Assembly (NCBI GenBank): GCA_035536185.1
Contig: DATLOM010000005.1
Span: 667-64,666, forward strand
Direction of reading: 5' to 3'
Source of the DNA: Acidimicrobiales bacterium
Lineage (GTDB): Bacteria > Actinomycetota > Acidimicrobiia > Acidimicrobiales > GCA-2861595
DNA length: 64,000 nt
Made by a program: the position numbers and the translations under genes. The notes beneath the pieces are model-generated. The model had not been told where the DNA came from, did not search any database, and saw nothing but the letters and a program-made list of their open reading frames with translations. Below are positions 36,073 to 51,006 of the stretch, one piece after another (the stretch's first letter is position 1; each line of letters starts with the position of its first letter).

Positions 36073-37044
36073 GTGGCGGAGCATCTCGGCGCCGCCGCTG
36101 ATGGGCCGGACGGCGCTGACGGCACCGACGCCGGCACGTTCCCAGGTGGGGCGGTCCTGCGGCGGGGGAGCACCGGCTGGGTGCTGGCCGAGGAGCGCCC
36201 GGAGAGGGCGCTGGGCGGGGCGCTCGTGTGGGCCGCGCGGTCTCACATCGAGCAGCTCCACGTCCTGGCCGAAGGCGAGGAAGCCGCCGGAGTCCTGGCC
36301 AGGCGCGCCGCCGCCTTTCGCCGCCCGCCCCAGGTGTGGACGATCTCGGGCCGCACCGTGACGCCGGCCGTCCCCGCGCCGCCTCTCTCCGAAGAGCCAC
36401 CCACGGACGCCCACCTCGCCTTCGCCGCCATGTTCGCCGCCGCCGGCGCTGAGGCCGTGGTGGAACACGGCGTGCTCGTGGCCGAGGTCCTGGGCCTGGA
36501 GGTGGGCCGGGTGATCGACGGCCGCCTCGACGTCGGTGTCGGGAAGCACGACCGTGAGGCCCAGCGGCTGGTGCACGTCGACCGGCCGCCCGAGGAGGCG
36601 CTGAGGGCGGCGGTAGCGGCCGTGCGTGAGGTACGCCGGGCCGGTGCTCCGGTCCACGAGATGAACCGGCTGGCCCACGAACGATGGCTGCGTTCGGTCG
36701 TCATGGCCAGCCCGCAGATGGTCGGCGCCGCATCCCTGGCGCCGCTGCCCGAACCGGTGAGCCGCCAGGGCCTGCGGATGGCGGCACCGGCGCCGGCAGC
36801 CGGACTCGACGCCGATGGCCGCCCGCTCGTGGTGGTGTGCTCGACGGGCATCGACGTGGACCTCGTTCCTACTGCGGCCGACGCCCGCCTCGGTCATGAC
36901 CCCACCGCCCGGCTGGTCATCGTCGTGCCCGAGGCCGACGACCACCCCGTCACGCGGGACCTGGCCGCGCAGCTCGCCGATCCCGCCGAGGTGGTCGCCA
37001 TCACCGGCGACTGGAGAGACCTTCCCGTACCAGCCTCCCGTTGA
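36073..37044 (+). CDS. Hypothetical protein between rpmE and prfA
   Basis: 323 aa with coherent Ala/Val/Leu-rich coding composition and a GTG start. No domain recognised. Confidence 0.55.
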   Translation: MAEHLGAAADGPDGADGTDAGTFPGGAVLRRGSTGWVLAEERPERALGGALVWAARSHIEQLHVLAEGEEAAGVLARRAAAFRRPPQVWTISGRTVTPAVPAPPLSEEPPTDAHLAFAAMFAAAGAEAVVEHGVLVAEVLGLEVGRVIDGRLDVGVGKHDREAQRLVHVDRPPEEALRAAVAAVREVRRAGAPVHEMNRLAHERWLRSVVMASPQMVGAASLAPLPEPVSRQGLRMAAPAPAAGLDADGRPLVVVCSTGIDVDLVPTAADARLGHDPTARLVIVVPEADDHPVTRDLAAQLADPAEVVAITGDWRDLPVPASR

Positions 37045-37090
37045 CGGCCGACCCTGCCACACCGGCAGGCGCCGGGCGTAGCCTGGACTC

Positions 37091-38152
37091 ATGCTCGAGC
37101 GACTGGCCGGACTGGAGGATGAGTACGCCCGGCTGAGCGAGCGGATGAACGATCCCGCCGTCCTCACCGACCAGCACGCCCTGCGCGACACCGGCCGGCG
37201 GCTCAAGGAGCTCGAGCCCATCGTCACTGCCTTCCGGGCCTACCGCGAGGCCAGGGAGAACCTGTCCGCCGGCCAGGAGATGCTCGGGGACGCCACGGGC
37301 GGCGACCGTGAGCTCCTCGCCACCGAGGTGGCCGAGCTGACCGACGAGATCGCCCGGATGGAGTCCGAGCTGGAGGTCCTGCTCCTGCCCAAGGGCGAGA
37401 ACGACGACCGCAACGTCATCGTGGAGATCCGGGGAGCCGAGGGCGGCGAGGAGGCGAACCTCTTCGCCAAGGACCTGTTCGACATGTACCTGCGTTACGC
37501 CGACAAGATGGGCTGGAAGCACGAGATGCTCGGCGCCGACCCTTCGGACAAGGGCGGGTTCAACGAGGTCAGCTTCATGGTCAAGGGCGACGGGGTGTGG
37601 AGCCACCTGAAGCACGAAGGCGGCCCCCACCGGGTGCAACGGGTGCCGGTCACCGAGTCGCAGGGCCGCATCCACACCAGCTCGGCCACCGTCACCGTGC
37701 TGCCCGAGGCCGAGGAGGTCGACGTCCACCTCGACCCCAACGACCTGAAGATCGACGTCTACCGCTCCACCGGCCCCGGCGGCCAGTCGGTGAACACCAC
37801 CGACTCCGCGGTGCGGATAACCCACCTCCCGACCGGCATCGTCGTGGCCATGCAGGACGAGAAGAGCCAGATCCAGAACCGGGCCAAGGCCCTGGTGGTG
37901 CTGCGGGCCCGCCTGCTCAAGGCCGAGCAGGACCGCCAGGCCAACGAAGCATCAGCCCAGCGCAAGAGCCAGGTCGGTGGCGGCGGGCGCTCGGAGAAGA
38001 TCCGCACGTACAACTTCAAGGAGAACCGGGTCACCGACCACCGGATCGGCCTCACCCTGCACAAGCTCGACAAGGTGCTGATGGGCGAGCTCGACGACCT
38101 GGTCGACGCCCTGCTCGCCGAGGAGCGCACCCGTCAGCTGCGGGGGGAGTGA
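37091..38152 (+). CDS. prfA: Peptide chain release factor 1
   Basis: PEA-type recognition motif (VLPEAEEVD) and the GGQ motif (STGPGGQSVNTTDSAVRITH). Confidence 0.95.
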   Translation: MLERLAGLEDEYARLSERMNDPAVLTDQHALRDTGRRLKELEPIVTAFRAYREARENLSAGQEMLGDATGGDRELLATEVAELTDEIARMESELEVLLLPKGENDDRNVIVEIRGAEGGEEANLFAKDLFDMYLRYADKMGWKHEMLGADPSDKGGFNEVSFMVKGDGVWSHLKHEGGPHRVQRVPVTESQGRIHTSSATVTVLPEAEEVDVHLDPNDLKIDVYRSTGPGGQSVNTTDSAVRITHLPTGIVVAMQDEKSQIQNRAKALVVLRARLLKAEQDRQANEASAQRKSQVGGGGRSEKIRTYNFKENRVTDHRIGLTLHKLDKVLMGELDDLVDALLAEERTRQLRGE

Positions 38153-38157
38153 GGGCG

Positions 38158-39030
38158 GTGGGCACGGGCGCCGGCACCGGCACCGTGAGCTGGCGGGAGC
38201 TGCTGGCCGAGGCCGCCACCCGTCTGGGGTCCGCCACCGAGGCCCGTCGGATAGTGGAGAGGGCGTCGGGAATGGAGGGCGCCGAGCTCCACCTCGGGCT
38301 GGACCAACCGGTGACGGAGCGGACCGCCGCCCACTTCGAGGCCATGCTGCAACGCCGGGAGGCCGGCGAGCCGCTGCAGTACGTGCTCGGCTCGTGGGGC
38401 TTCCGGTCTCTCGACCTGTTCGTCGACAGGCGGGTGCTGATCCCCAGGCCGGAGACGGAAACGGTCGTCGGGTTCGCCCTGGCGGAGCTGGCTCGGCTCG
38501 CTCCCCGGCCCCACCCGAGGGTGGTCGATCTCGGCACCGGCTCCGGAGCCATCGCCCTTTCCATCGCCACCGAGGTCTCCGGCGCCGAGGTGTGGGCCAC
38601 CGAGCGCTCACCCGACGCGCTGGCCGTGGCCCGGGCCAACCTGGCCGGGACCGGCATGGCCGGCAGGAACGTCCGCCTGGCCGAGGGATCGTGGTTCGCC
38701 GCCCTCCCGCCGATGCTGCGGGGCCAGGTCCACCTGATCGTGTCCAACCCGCCCTACGTGGGCGAGCGCGAGGTGCCCGACCTTCCTCCCGAAGTGGCCC
38801 GCTGGGAGCCCCGCTCCGCCCTGGTCGCCGGGCCCACGGGCCTGGAGCAGGTGGAGGCCATCGTCGAAGAGGCGCCTCGCTGGTTGACCAGGCCCGGCTC
38901 CCTCGTCGTGGAGATCGCCCCCCACCAGGCCCAGGCGGCCATCGCCTGCGCCCTCCGATCGAGCTTCTCCGCCGCCGAGGTCAAACCCGACCTCGCCGGC
39001 CGCCTCCGCGCCCTCGTAGCCCGCCTGTGA
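38158..39030 (+). CDS. prmC: Release-factor glutamine N5-methyltransferase
   Basis: DLGTGSGAIALS SAM motif and the NPPY catalytic motif. The GTG start is approximate. Confidence 0.85.
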   Translation: MGTGAGTGTVSWRELLAEAATRLGSATEARRIVERASGMEGAELHLGLDQPVTERTAAHFEAMLQRREAGEPLQYVLGSWGFRSLDLFVDRRVLIPRPETETVVGFALAELARLAPRPHPRVVDLGTGSGAIALSIATEVSGAEVWATERSPDALAVARANLAGTGMAGRNVRLAEGSWFAALPPMLRGQVHLIVSNPPYVGEREVPDLPPEVARWEPRSALVAGPTGLEQVEAIVEEAPRWLTRPGSLVVEIAPHQAQAAIACALRSSFSAAEVKPDLAGRLRALVARL

Positions 39031-39130
39031 CGGGCGCGGCATGCCGCCGTCGGCTGATACGACCACGAACCGCGGGCTCTCCCTCCGGGGAGTACATAGC
39101 GGGCGGAAACGGCCCGCGACGTACCGCGAC

Positions 39131-39307
39131 GACTCCTGTCGTGCCCGCTCAGGACCACACCAAAGGGTTACGAGTACATGGCGGGCCGAAAACGCCCGCT
39201 ATGTACTCGCAATCGTGACTGTCGTGCCCGCTCAGGGCCGCACCAACCCGTTACGAGTACATGGCGGGCCGAAAACGCCCGCTATGTACTCGCAATCGTG
39301 ACTGTCG
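39131..39307 (+). repeat. Tandem repeat (86 + 83 nt units plus an 8-nt start of a third), each unit carrying a 15-bp-stem hairpin
   Basis: Units 39131-39216 and 39217-39299 are near-identical. The hairpins GAGTACATGGCGGGC-cgaaaac-GCCCGCTATGTACTC lie at 39172-39208 and 39255-39291, and a degenerate copy lies at 39089-39125. Confidence 0.9.
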
Positions 39308-39927
39308 CCCTCGCCGCCGGCGATCCTCCGGCTGCGGAGGTGGTGGCCCAGACGATCGCCGCGCTGAGGGCCGGCCAGGTAGTGGCCATCCCCACCGACA
39401 CCGTCTACGGGCTGGCCGTGGACCCGTTTCGCACCGGCGCCGCCGACCGATTGTTCCAGCTGAAGCGACGCCCCCGGGAGGTCGACCTGCCGGTGCTCGT
39501 GGCCGACAAGGAGCAGGCTCTGTCGCTGGCGATCGCCGTGCCCGAGCCGGCGCTTCAGCTCATGGACCTGTACTGGCCGGGGGCGCTCACCCTCGTCTTG
39601 CCCCGCAACCCGGAAGTGGCCGCCGACCTCGGTACCGACGACGCCACCATCGGCCTGCGCTGCCCGGCTCACCCGGTCCCGCTGGCCCTGTGCGCCGCCG
39701 CCGGCCCGCTCGCCACGACCAGCGCCAACCTCCACGGCCAGCCCACCTTGTCCACCGCAGCCGACGTCGTCGCCACCTTCGGGAGCTCCGTGAACATCGT
39801 CATAGACGGCGGCACCTGCGCCGGCGCCCCCTCCACCGTCGTCGACTGCACCGGCGAGGTCCCCAAGCTCCTCCGCCAGGGCCGCATCCCCTGGTCCGAG
39901 ATAGTCGCCTCCCTCCTCCACCCCTAA
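39298..39927 (+). CDS. tsaC: L-threonylcarbamoyladenylate synthase (YrdC-domain, TsaC/Sua5 family)
   Basis: VVAIPTDTVYGLAVDP, KRRPREVDLPVLV and TSANLHGQP. The GTG at 39298 lies at the end of the repeat unit. Confidence 0.85.
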   Translation: MTVALAAGDPPAAEVVAQTIAALRAGQVVAIPTDTVYGLAVDPFRTGAADRLFQLKRRPREVDLPVLVADKEQALSLAIAVPEPALQLMDLYWPGALTLVLPRNPEVAADLGTDDATIGLRCPAHPVPLALCAAAGPLATTSANLHGQPTLSTAADVVATFGSSVNIVIDGGTCAGAPSTVVDCTGEVPKLLRQGRIPWSEIVASLLHP

Positions 39928-40154
39928 GCCCCTCAACCCGAGCCCGAGGTTGGGGCCCAGGCCGGACGCGCCCAGGCCGAAGTGTCAAAGGGTGGCCGCC
40001 GTGGAGGCGGGGGAGGGTCAAGTTCCGGAGGAGCCACCACGGGGGCCACCCCCACCGCAGGCAGATAGTGCGGAGCTGCGGACGACCACCACGGGGGTGA
40101 CCTCCCAGCCCGAGCCGTTCCACCGCCTTTAGACTCGCCGCCATCGACATCCTC

Positions 40155-40691
40155 GTGATCTGCACCGGGAACATCTGCCGTTCCCCCATGGTGGAGGCCT
40201 TCCTCCGCCACCGGCTCGAGGGCCTCGGGGTGGAGGCGAAGGTGCACAGCGCCGGGCTGCTCGGCCCCGGCAACCCCGCCCCGCACGAGGGCGTGAGCGC
40301 CCTGGATGCCATGGGCCTGGACACCTCGACCCACCGCAGCCGGCGGATCTCGGAGCATCTACTCACGCCGGCCGACCTCATCCTGGGGATGGCCCGCGAG
40401 CACGTCCGGGAGACGGTCAGGATGGCGCCCGAGACCTGGCCCCGGACCTTCACGCTGAAGGAGCTGGTGCGCCGGGGCGAGGAGCGGGGCGCCCGGCCGC
40501 AGGACCAGAGCTTCGAGGACTGGCTGGCGAAGCTCCACGCCGGGCGCAGCCACAACGATATGGTCGGGTACTCGCCCGACGACGACGTCGCCGACCCGAT
40601 CGGGCGCGGCGCCGCTTACTACCGAAGAACAGCCGAAGAGCTCGACGATCTGGTGCGCCGGCTCGTCGAGCTGGGCTGGGGAGGCAGTTGA
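40155..40691 (+). CDS. Low-molecular-weight protein tyrosine phosphatase family protein
   Basis: The P-loop CTGNICRSP sits at residues 3-11 if the GTG at 40155 is the start. See the finding on the start codon. Confidence 0.8.
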   Translation: MICTGNICRSPMVEAFLRHRLEGLGVEAKVHSAGLLGPGNPAPHEGVSALDAMGLDTSTHRSRRISEHLLTPADLILGMAREHVRETVRMAPETWPRTFTLKELVRRGEERGARPQDQSFEDWLAKLHAGRSHNDMVGYSPDDDVADPIGRGAAYYRRTAEELDDLVRRLVELGWGGS

Positions 40692-40694
40692 TCA

Positions 40695-41138
40695 ATGCGT
40701 ATCGCCATCGGTGCCGACCACGCCGGTTACCTGCTCAAGACCCACCTCATCGGCGGCCTGGAGAAGATGGGCCACGAGGTCGACGACCACGGCACCGACA
40801 GCGAGGAATCCGTCGACTATCCCGAGATCTGCGCGGGTGTCGGCCTCGCCGTGGCCGAGGGCAGAGCCGACCGGGGCATCGTTCTCGGCGGCAGCGGCCA
40901 GGGCGAGCAGCTGGCGGCCAACAAGGTGCGGGGAGTGCGGGCCGCCCTCTGCAACGACCTCTACACGGCCCGGCTGTCCCGCGAGCACAACGACGCCAAC
41001 GTCCTGGCCATGGGTGGGCGCATCGTCGGCACCGGCCTGGCCGACGAGATCCTCGCCCTGTGGCTGGCCACCGACTTCGAGGGCGGCCGTCACGCCAAGC
41101 GCGTCGACCAGATCACCGCCATCGAGACCCGCCAGTGA
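40695..41138 (+). CDS. rpiB: Ribose-5-phosphate isomerase B
   Basis: [12 protein letters not shown]...[21 protein letters not shown]... Confidence 0.9.
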   Translation: MRIAIGADHAGYLLKTHLIGGLEKMGHEVDDHGTDSEESVDYPEICAGVGLAVAEGRADRGIVLGGSGQGEQLAANKVRGVRAALCNDLYTARLSREHNDANVLAMGGRIVGTGLADEILALWLATDFEGGRHAKRVDQITAIETRQ

Positions 41139-42394
41139 CGGGTTCGCCGCTGGCCTCGACGGATCCCCAGATCGCCGGCATCCTCGAGCGGGAGCGGGAG
41201 CGCCAGAACACCACCCTGCAGCTCATCGCCTCGGAGAACTTCACGTCGCCGGCGGTGATGGAGGCCACCGGCTCCGTACTCACCAACAAGTACGCCGAGG
41301 GCTATCCCGGCAAGCGCTACTACGGCGGCAACGAGATCGTCGACGAGGCCGAGGACCTGGCTCGCGACCGGTGCAAGTCCCTGTTCGGCGCCGAGCACGC
41401 CAACGTCCAGCCCCACTCCGGCGCCAACGCCAACATGGCCACGTACCTGGCCCTGCTCGAGCCCGGAGACACCGTGCTGGGCATGCGCCTCGACCAGGGC
41501 GGCCACCTCACCCACGGCTCGCCCGTGAACATGAGCGGCCGGCTCTACAACTTCGTCTCCTACGGCGTGCGGGAGGACGACGAGCGACTCGATCTCGACC
41601 AGGTCAGGGACCTGGCCCGTGAGCATCACCCCAAGATGATCGTGGCCGGCGCCACCGCCTACTCCCGCCTCATCGACCCTGAGCCGTTCCGCCAGATCGC
41701 CGAGGAGGCGGGCGCCCTGTTCGTGTTCGACGCCGCCCACGTCGCCGGCCTCATCGCCGGCGGCGTCCATCCCGACCCCGTTCCCGTGGCCGACGTCGTC
41801 ACCTTCACCACGCACAAGACCCTCCGCGGCCCCCGCGGCGGCTGCATCGTCACCACCGCCACCCACGCCGCGGCCATCGACAAGGCCGTCTTCCCCGGGC
41901 TGCAGGGCGGCCCGCTGGAGCACGTGATCGCGGCCAAGGCCGTGGCCTTCCTGGAGGCGTCGGAGCCCGGATTCCGGACCTACGCCGCCCAGGTCGTCGC
42001 CAACGCCCGGGCCATGGCCGAGGCCCTGGCCGCCGAGGGCTTCCGCATCGTGTCCGGCGGCACCGACAACCACCTGATGCTGGTCGACCTGCAGCCCTTC
42101 GACGCCGAGCTCACCGGCAAGGAGGCCCAGATCACCCTCGACCGGGCCGGCATCACGCTCAACAAGAACCAGATCCCCAACGACCCCCGCTCGCCCTTCG
42201 TAACCAGCGGGGTCCGCATCGGCACCCCCGCCGTCACCACCGCCGGCATGCGGGAGCCGGAGATGGGCACCGTGGCCTCCCTGATCGGCCGGGCCCTGCG
42301 CCGGCGCACCGAAGACAGCGAACTGGCCGCGGTTCGCGAAGAGGTCGGCGTCCTCTGCTCGAAGTTCACGCCCTACCCCGCTCCCGGCGGATAG
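41135..42394 (+). CDS. glyA: Serine hydroxymethyltransferase
   Basis: GTGA overlap with rpi[31 protein letters not shown] and [12 protein letters not shown]. Confidence 0.95.
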   Translation: MTGSPLASTDPQIAGILERERERQNTTLQLIASENFTSPAVMEATGSVLTNKYAEGYPGKRYYGGNEIVDEAEDLARDRCKSLFGAEHANVQPHSGANANMATYLALLEPGDTVLGMRLDQGGHLTHGSPVNMSGRLYNFVSYGVREDDERLDLDQVRDLAREHHPKMIVAGATAYSRLIDPEPFRQIAEEAGALFVFDAAHVAGLIAGGVHPDPVPVADVVTFTTHKTLRGPRGGCIVTTATHAAAIDKAVFPGLQGGPLEHVIAAKAVAFLEASEPGFRTYAAQVVANARAMAEALAAEGFRIVSGGTDNHLMLVDLQPFDAELTGKEAQITLDRAGITLNKNQIPNDPRSPFVTSGVRIGTPAVTTAGMREPEMGTVASLIGRALRRRTEDSELAAVREEVGVLCSKFTPYPAPGG

Positions 42395-42401
42395 CCGCGA
42401 C

Positions 42402-43613
42402 ATGGGCGGGTACGCGGTCGTCCTGGGGGTGGCAGCTGTCACCACCTACGTCCTCGGCTTCCTCGTCCGGCGCATAGCCGTCCGGGTGGGCGCCGTCGTG
42501 CTCCCCGACGAGCGACGGGTCCACGCCCTCCCCACGCCCACCGCCGGCGGCGCCGCCATGTTCGGCGCCCTCCTCCTGGCCATGTTCGTGGCCTCGCAGC
42601 TCCCGCAGTTCAGGCCGGTCTTCGAGGGTTCCTCCGAACCACTGGGGATCGTGCTGGCCGCCGGCGTGATCTTCATCGTGGGCCTGGTCGACGACATCAG
42701 GGACGTCTCGGCGCCGGCCAAGCTGGCCGGCCAGGTGCTGGCCGGCAGCGTGCTGTCGTTCCTCGGCGTGACCATGCTGTACTTCCGCGTCCCGTTCCTC
42801 GACATCGTGGCCATCTCGCCCGACCTCGCCCCCCTGCTGACCGTGCTTTGGGTGGCGGCCATCGCCAACGCCATCAACCTGGTCGACGGCCTCGACGGCC
42901 TGGCCGCCGGCGTGGTGGCCATCGCCGCCGCCGCCTTCTTCGTCTACGCCGACCGCCTGTTCAAGGCCGGCCTGCTCGGCGGCGACAACCTGGGGCCCCT
43001 GGTGGCCGTCATCGCCTGTGGTGTCTGCCTGGGCTTCCTGCCCCACAACTTCCACCCCGCCCGCATCTTCATGGGGGACGCCGGCGCCATGCTCCTGGGG
43101 CTGTTGATGGCCAGCTCCACCATGGTGGTGGGGGGGCGCACCGCCGATCAGTTCAGCGGCCAGACCTACTTCTTCTTCGCGCCCATGTTCATCCCGCTGT
43201 TCGTGCTCGGGGTGCCGATCCTCGACACCGCCTTCGCCATCGTCCGGCGATCGGTGCGCCGGACCAGTCTGTCCACGCCCGACAAGGAGCACCTCCACCA
43301 CCGCCTCATGCGCCTGGGCCACGGGCACCGCCGGTCGGTGGTGATCCTGTGGGCCTGGACGGCCATCCTGTCGGGTCTGGTCCTCTTCCCCACCTTCACC
43401 AACGAGGGGAACGCGGTCATTCCCTTCGCCGCCGCCGGCCTGATGGTGGCCCTGTACACTCTTTTCCACCCCGGCGTCCGCCAGAAGGCGGAGACCGAGG
43501 CCGAGGCCCGGGCCCTCCAGGACGAGCGGGATGCCGTGGCCGGCCAGAGCGACGTGGCCCTGGCCGAGGTGGTGGCCATGGAGGACCGCCGTCGGGGCAC
43601 CGGCGGCGCCTGA
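42402..43613 (+). CDS. wecA: UDP-GlcNAc:undecaprenyl-phosphate GlcNAc-1-phosphate transferase (MraY/WecA family)
   Basis: Polytopic membrane protein with NAINLVDGLDGLA and FMGDAGAM motifs. It holds the same position before the atp operon as mycobacterial rfe. Confidence 0.85.
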   Translation: MGGYAVVLGVAAVTTYVLGFLVRRIAVRVGAVVLPDERRVHALPTPTAGGAAMFGALLLAMFVASQLPQFRPVFEGSSEPLGIVLAAGVIFIVGLVDDIRDVSAPAKLAGQVLAGSVLSFLGVTMLYFRVPFLDIVAISPDLAPLLTVLWVAAIANAINLVDGLDGLAAGVVAIAAAAFFVYADRLFKAGLLGGDNLGPLVAVIACGVCLGFLPHNFHPARIFMGDAGAMLLGLLMASSTMVVGGRTADQFSGQTYFFFAPMFIPLFVLGVPILDTAFAIVRRSVRRTSLSTPDKEHLHHRLMRLGHGHRRSVVILWAWTAILSGLVLFPTFTNEGNAVIPFAAAGLMVALYTLFHPGVRQKAETEAEARALQDERDAVAGQSDVALAEVVAMEDRRRGTGGA

Positions 43614-43672
43614 ACTTGCGGGTTTCTGCACCACCACCGTAGATTCCGGTCGACGGAACAGGGGCTAACGGC

Positions 43673-43945
43673 TTGGATCTTCGCGACAAGCGCGAGCTGT
43701 ACAACGGATTTGGGGACACACTGGCCCGGGCGGTCGAGTTCGTGGTGACCCCGATGCTGTTCGGCTTCGGTGGGCGCCTGGTCGACGGTTGGCTGGGCAC
43801 CGGCGTGATCTTCACCGTGCTGCTGGCCGCCCTCGCCCTCGCCGGCACCAGCATCCGCATGTACTACGGCTACGAGGTGGCCATGAAGGCCCACGAGGCG
43901 AGCTCGCCCTGGGTCCACCGCGCAGAGCATGGCCAGACCCGTTGA
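43673..43945 (+). CDS. AtpZ/AtpI-family small membrane protein
   Basis: Two TM helices and the pattern GFGDTLARAVEF...GGRLVDGWLGTG. The apparent TTG start is uncertain. Confidence 0.55.
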   Translation: MDLRDKRELYNGFGDTLARAVEFVVTPMLFGFGGRLVDGWLGTGVIFTVLLAALALAGTSIRMYYGYEVAMKAHEASSPWVHRAEHGQTR

Positions 43946-43983
43946 CGAGCACTACGCCTGAAGCGGTTCCCGAGGTGGAGAAG

Positions 43984-44388
43984 ATGGTGGTGGCCGACAT
44001 GGCCCGCCGGGCCCTGCCCATGGCGCCGCTCCTGCTCCTCGTCGGTGGCATCTTCTGGGGTCTCGACGGCCTGTTCTCCTCGGCCTACGGGTTCGCCCTC
44101 GCCCTCGCCAACCTTGCCCTCTCCGCTGCCCTACTCAGCTGGGCGGCCCGTCGCGGCCTGTCGTTCCTGATGGCCACCGCCCTCGGCGGCTACCTGCTCC
44201 GCCTCGGCCTGCTCACGGTGGCCGTCCAGGCCGTCCGCAACAGCTCGTGGGTCGAGATGGTGCCTCTCGGGGTCACCATCCTCGTCACCCACCTCGGCCT
44301 CCTCTGGTGGGAGACGAGGCACCTGTCCATGTCCCTGGCGTTCCCCGCCCTCAAGCCGTCACCGGCGCCGGCCGCGCCGGGGAGCTGA
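43984..44388 (+). CDS. atpI: ATP synthase protein I-like membrane protein
   Basis: 134 aa, 4 TM helices, directly upstream of atpB. Confidence 0.6.
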   Translation: MVVADMARRALPMAPLLLLVGGIFWGLDGLFSSAYGFALALANLALSAALLSWAARRGLSFLMATALGGYLLRLGLLTVAVQAVRNSSWVEMVPLGVTILVTHLGLLWWETRHLSMSLAFPALKPSPAPAAPGS

Positions 44389-44393
44389 ACCAC

Positions 44394-45432
<1,039 letters not shown>

Positions 45433-45442
45433 GGGGCCGGCC

Positions 45443-46126
45443 ATGCGCATTCGAGCGCTCACCGCGGCCGCCCTGCTCGCCGTCCTCAGCGTGTTCGCCG
45501 TCGGCGGGGTCGCCACCGCCCAGGAGGCGCCGGCCGAGGAGGAGCACGGAGAGTCGAAGGCCACCCACGCAGGGGAGGAGTGCATAGAGATCCTGGAGAA
45601 GGGCGGCAAGGCCGAGCAGTGCCACGACGCCCCGAGCCCCATCATCCCCGAGACCAAGGAGATCGTCTGGGGCTCCATCTCCTTCCTCGCCGTGCTCTTC
45701 CTCATGATGAAGTTCGCCTACCCGGCGCTCAAGAAGACCATGGATGCCCGCACCGAGAAGATACGCGGCAACCTCGACGAGGCCGAGCGGGTGAAGGACG
45801 AGGCGGCCAAGGTGCTGGAGGACTACAAGCGCCAGCTGGCCGACGCCCGTAACGAGTCGAATCGCATCATCGAAGAGGCCCGCCAGACGGCCGAGCAGCT
45901 ACGCCGCGACCTCATGCAGCGAGCCGAGGCCGAGGTGGCCGAGCTGCGCCAGAAGACCCGCGACGACATCGCCGCCGCCCAGGAGCGGGCCATGGCCGAC
46001 CTGCAGTCCCGCGTCGGCGACATGGCCATCGAGCTGGCCGAGAAGGTCGTGGAGGCCAACCTCGACCGCGATGCCAACATGCGCCTCATAGACAGCTACA
46101 TCGCCCAGGTGGGCAGCTCCTCCTAA
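45443..46126 (+). CDS. atpF: F0F1 ATP synthase subunit b with N-terminal extension
   Basis: The canonical b starts near residue 66 ([20 protein letters not shown]...), followed by a long coiled coil. It is preceded by a signal-peptide-like segment. Confidence 0.9.
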   Translation: MRIRALTAAALLAVLSVFAVGGVATAQEAPAEEEHGESKATHAGEECIEILEKGGKAEQCHDAPSPIIPETKEIVWGSISFLAVLFLMMKFAYPALKKTMDARTEKIRGNLDEAERVKDEAAKVLEDYKRQLADARNESNRIIEEARQTAEQLRRDLMQRAEAEVAELRQKTRDDIAAAQERAMADLQSRVGDMAIELAEKVVEANLDRDANMRLIDSYIAQVGSSS

Positions 46127-46656
46127 TGAGCACATCCTCCCGGGTCGACGCCTACGCGTCAGCTTTGTTCGAGGTGGCCCGGGCCGAGGGCGCGCTCGAC
46201 ACGGTCGAGGAGGAGCTGTTCCGTGTCGCCCGTACCTTCGAGGGCAGCGACGAGCTGCGCTCCACCCTGACCGATCAGGCCATCCCGGTGGAGATGCGCC
46301 AGGGCATCGTCGAGCAGCTGCTCGGAGACCGGGCCTCGCCCGTCACCACCTCACTCGTCTCCTTCGTGGTCGGCGCCGGCCGGGCGCGCGACCTGCCCGC
46401 CATCATCGATCGCCTGGTCGAAGAAGCGGCCGAGCAGCGGGACGAGGTCGTGGCCGAGGTGCGCTCCGCCGTCCCCCTCGGCGACGAGCAGAAGACCCGC
46501 CTGGCCGCCGCCCTCTCGGAGGCGACCAAGAAGAAGGTGAGCGTCAAGGTCATCGAGGACCCCAGCGTCCTCGGCGGCCTCATCGCCACCATCGGCGACA
46601 CCGTCATCGACGGCTCCATTCGCCACCGTCTCGACCAGATGAAGGAATCGTTTTAG
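46126..46656 (+). CDS. atpH: F0F1 ATP synthase subunit delta
   Basis: OSCP/delta family (YASALFEVA...[13 protein letters not shown]). TAATG overlap with atpF. Confidence 0.9.
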   Translation: MSTSSRVDAYASALFEVARAEGALDTVEEELFRVARTFEGSDELRSTLTDQAIPVEMRQGIVEQLLGDRASPVTTSLVSFVVGAGRARDLPAIIDRLVEEAAEQRDEVVAEVRSAVPLGDEQKTRLAAALSEATKKKVSVKVIEDPSVLGGLIATIGDTVIDGSIRHRLDQMKESF

Positions 46657-46673
46657 ATGAAGGAAAGCTATTA

Positions 46674-48377
<1,704 letters not shown>

Positions 48378-48400
48378 CGCCCGCGGGCGGAGTTGGGGCC

Positions 48401-48532
48401 TCGGGTACGCCAGTGACGGCACCGGGCGGGGATGGGGCCCCCGCCTCGGGGAGGAGGACGGGGACGTCGGGTGCGCCAGTGACGGCACCGGGCGGGGATG
48501 GGGCCCCCGCCTCGGGGAGGAGGACGGGGTTG
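48401..48532 (+). repeat. 66-bp tandem repeat (2 copies, 63/66 identical) in the atpA-atpG spacer
   Basis: Units at 48401-48466 and 48467-48532, with a partial related segment at 48388-48400. The hairpin GGACGGGG-ttgggg-CCCCGTCC follows at 48522-48543. Confidence 0.9.
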
Positions 48533-48559
48533 GGGCCCCGTCCGGGGAAAAGAACATAG

Positions 48560-51000
<2,441 letters not shown>

Positions 51001-51006
51001 CCGGCC

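Noticed and set aside
39131-39307. Whether the tandem repeats at 39.1 kb and 48.4 kb could be CRISPR arrays.
   Set aside because: Each has only two directly abutting units with no unique spacers, and no cas genes are nearby. The unit lengths (83 and 66 nt) and the operon-internal position fit MIRU-like repeats instead.
39928-40154. G-rich spacer between tsaC and the PTP gene, with the short direct repeat ccaccacggggg at 40036-40047 and 40086-40097.
   Set aside because: Only a 12-nt repeat is present, and I could see no stable structure or coding signal. It is probably incidental.
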